DNA of 64,000 nt from Owenia fusiformis (lineage: Eukaryota): contig CAIIXF020000001.1 of the NCBI GenBank assembly GCA_903813345.2, forward strand, positions 45,880,001-45,944,000. Direction: 5' to 3'. The translations under genes were made by a program, and so were the position numbers. Numbering within the stretch: position 1 is the first letter of the stretch; every line of letters begins with the position of its first letter. Below are positions 62,435-64,000 of the stretch, one piece after another. The notes beneath the pieces are model-generated. The model did no database searches and had not been told where the DNA came from. It was given only the letters and a program-made list of their open reading frames with translations.

Positions 62435-62665
62435 CCACTCCTCTTTCTGACAGAGTTGATAAACATTTATTCGATGGCTTCACACATGGGAAGCTATTCG
62501 TTCTGCCCTCTTCGTTAAACCGATCCTCTAATACGCCCAACTTGTCCTGACACACTTTTCGTTTCCATTCATTACCCAAACATTCATAGTAAACGCATTC
62601 ATCAATTTCATTTGGTTTACCAGGGACTTCAGCTACTTTGTATCGGCCTTCGGATATCCTGCACC
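62435..62665 (-). pseudogene. CBM14-VWA gene, six-cysteine chitin-binding type-2-like exon
   Basis: CRISEGRYKVAEVPGKPNEIDECVYYECLGNEWKRKVCQDKLG...FPCVKPSNKC has 6 Cys with a C-x-YY-x-C-x9-C core. Phase 1-1, donor G|gtaagc, in frame with the VWA exon. Confidence 0.7.
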
Positions 62666-63283
62666 CTTAATTAAGGAAAACACACGATATGAAAGGCAGT
62701 TTGAAAGGAAGTGTAAGAGGAAACATTCAATGAAAGATAAAACCCATATTGATTTGGACTATATTAATAGATCAATAATTAATAAATAAGGGTTATGTAC
62801 TGGGAGGTTTTGGATATGGGGTTTATCCAGAGGGAGATATGCATATCTACCTGAGGGACCGTACATTCGTACTAGGCTTGATCAAAAAGTTCTTTATCCT
62901 ATACCAAGTAGAGTTTTCAGGGGCATATGGCCATTTCAATAGTACAAGGTGTAAAAATAAACAAATCGTTCATATGCAAAGTCATTTTATTGCATTTCCA
63001 CTTTTATTGGGAAGCGGGAAGATATGCACCGAAGCGGGGGATATGGCGGGAGATATGGAGGTTCTGGATATGGAAACCTCAAAATCCGGATACGGGATAT
63101 ATCTTACCAACTTAATTATCTCCCTAAAACTCTACTTGGCATAGGATAAAAATGCATACGTACTAGGCTTGATCAAAAAGTTCTCATAATATCTTTCTAA
63201 TTTCTTTATTTTTCAATATATTCTGGCATTTTCAAAGAATATGCAGCAGAGAATGTCTTATTAATTCAGCAAAAATAGAATTT

Positions 63284-63690
63284 TTGAATAATATCAAACA
63301 ACGATGGGGAAAAGAACCATATTTGGATTTAATAAAGAACGCTGAACATAGGAAATCTATGACGCGATTAAGAATAAGTGCACACAATTTAGAAATAGAG
63401 CGAGGAAGATATATAAGACCAATAATTCCGAGAGATCAAAGAAAATGCAAATTATGTAAAATCAACACTGGTACGGAAACTCATTTTATTATTGAATGCC
63501 AAAAATTGGAAAAATGAATACTTTGATACGTTTAACTCAATTTGCCCAAATCTAACTGTATTGACTCCCGAAGAAAAGGCTTATTATATGTTTAATGCTG
63601 AGGGTAACATGTGTATCACCTTTGCAAAATACCTTTATGAAATAATTGAAAAGAGATCAACTATATTAACATTATAAATATATACATGTA
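63284..63690 (+). mobile_element. 5'-truncated, frameshifted non-LTR retrotransposon 3' end
   Basis: TRLRISAHNLEIERGRY...RKCKLC...ETHFIIEC is the C-terminal CCHC-type region of LINE ORF2. It continues in another frame (63492..63677). Confidence 0.85.
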
Positions 63691-63799
63691 GGCTAATAGT
63701 AGTGGTTGATATATATCTAATTCTCCCTTTCGCGGTTCGCCCTTTGAATCAGAACGTTCGCAAATATGCACTGAAAAAGCACTCAAAAAGGACAAAATT

Positions 63800-63860
63800 T
63801 GATTGGTCAATATATTCCCATGATGCATTTCGCGTAGCTATTTGCGTGACCCGGAAGTTC
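63800..63860. promoter_or_regulatory. Promoter-like motif cluster
   Basis: CCAAT box (GATTGG), ZNF143/Staf-like TTCCCATGATGCA and ETS CCGGAAGT within 60 bp of CpG-richer DNA. Confidence 0.45.
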
Positions 63861-64000
63861 TAAATCAAACTAATTACGCAATTTTGTTTTTACACCCGCA
63901 CGCTAAATAAAACAATGTCACCATCGGAAGTGTTCTTCTTTGTCATTGCTTCAATAGTCAGTATACCGAATTAAATCAATAAAAAATTGTACAATGAACA

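Overview
AT-rich, intron- and transposon-rich animal genomic DNA, most consistent with a marine invertebrate (lophotrochozoan-like; the species cannot be determined from sequence alone). I rebuilt five spliced genes by hand, with intron phases checked. (1) The 5' end of a PATJ/MPDZ multi-PDZ gene (minus strand; L27 plus start of PDZ1), whose next intron apparently runs off the left edge. (2) TM2D1 (plus strand, 6 exons, 192 aa), head-to-head with PATJ and with a U12-type first intron. (3) A two-exon, ~510-aa disordered YxN/proline-rich gene nested antisense in TM2D1 intron 3. (4) A ~955-aa DEATH-NB-ARC(STAND)-helical/TPR-like NLR-type gene whose putative promoter has two kB sites and an ISRE, and whose coding region is bracketed by two copies of one MITE. 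(5) A minus-strand chitin-binding (CBM14-like) plus VWA gene disrupted by a microhomology-bounded frameshifting deletion. The non-coding DNA holds many non-autonomous DNA transposons (5-, 6- and 8-bp TSD, TA and TTAA types), Helentron-type (HINE) elements including one with a 1.35-kb internal satellite, and SINE/LINE relics. Two sequence-unrelated hairpin elements share a strand-specific pattern of tandem G.A mismatches and a GAA triloop.
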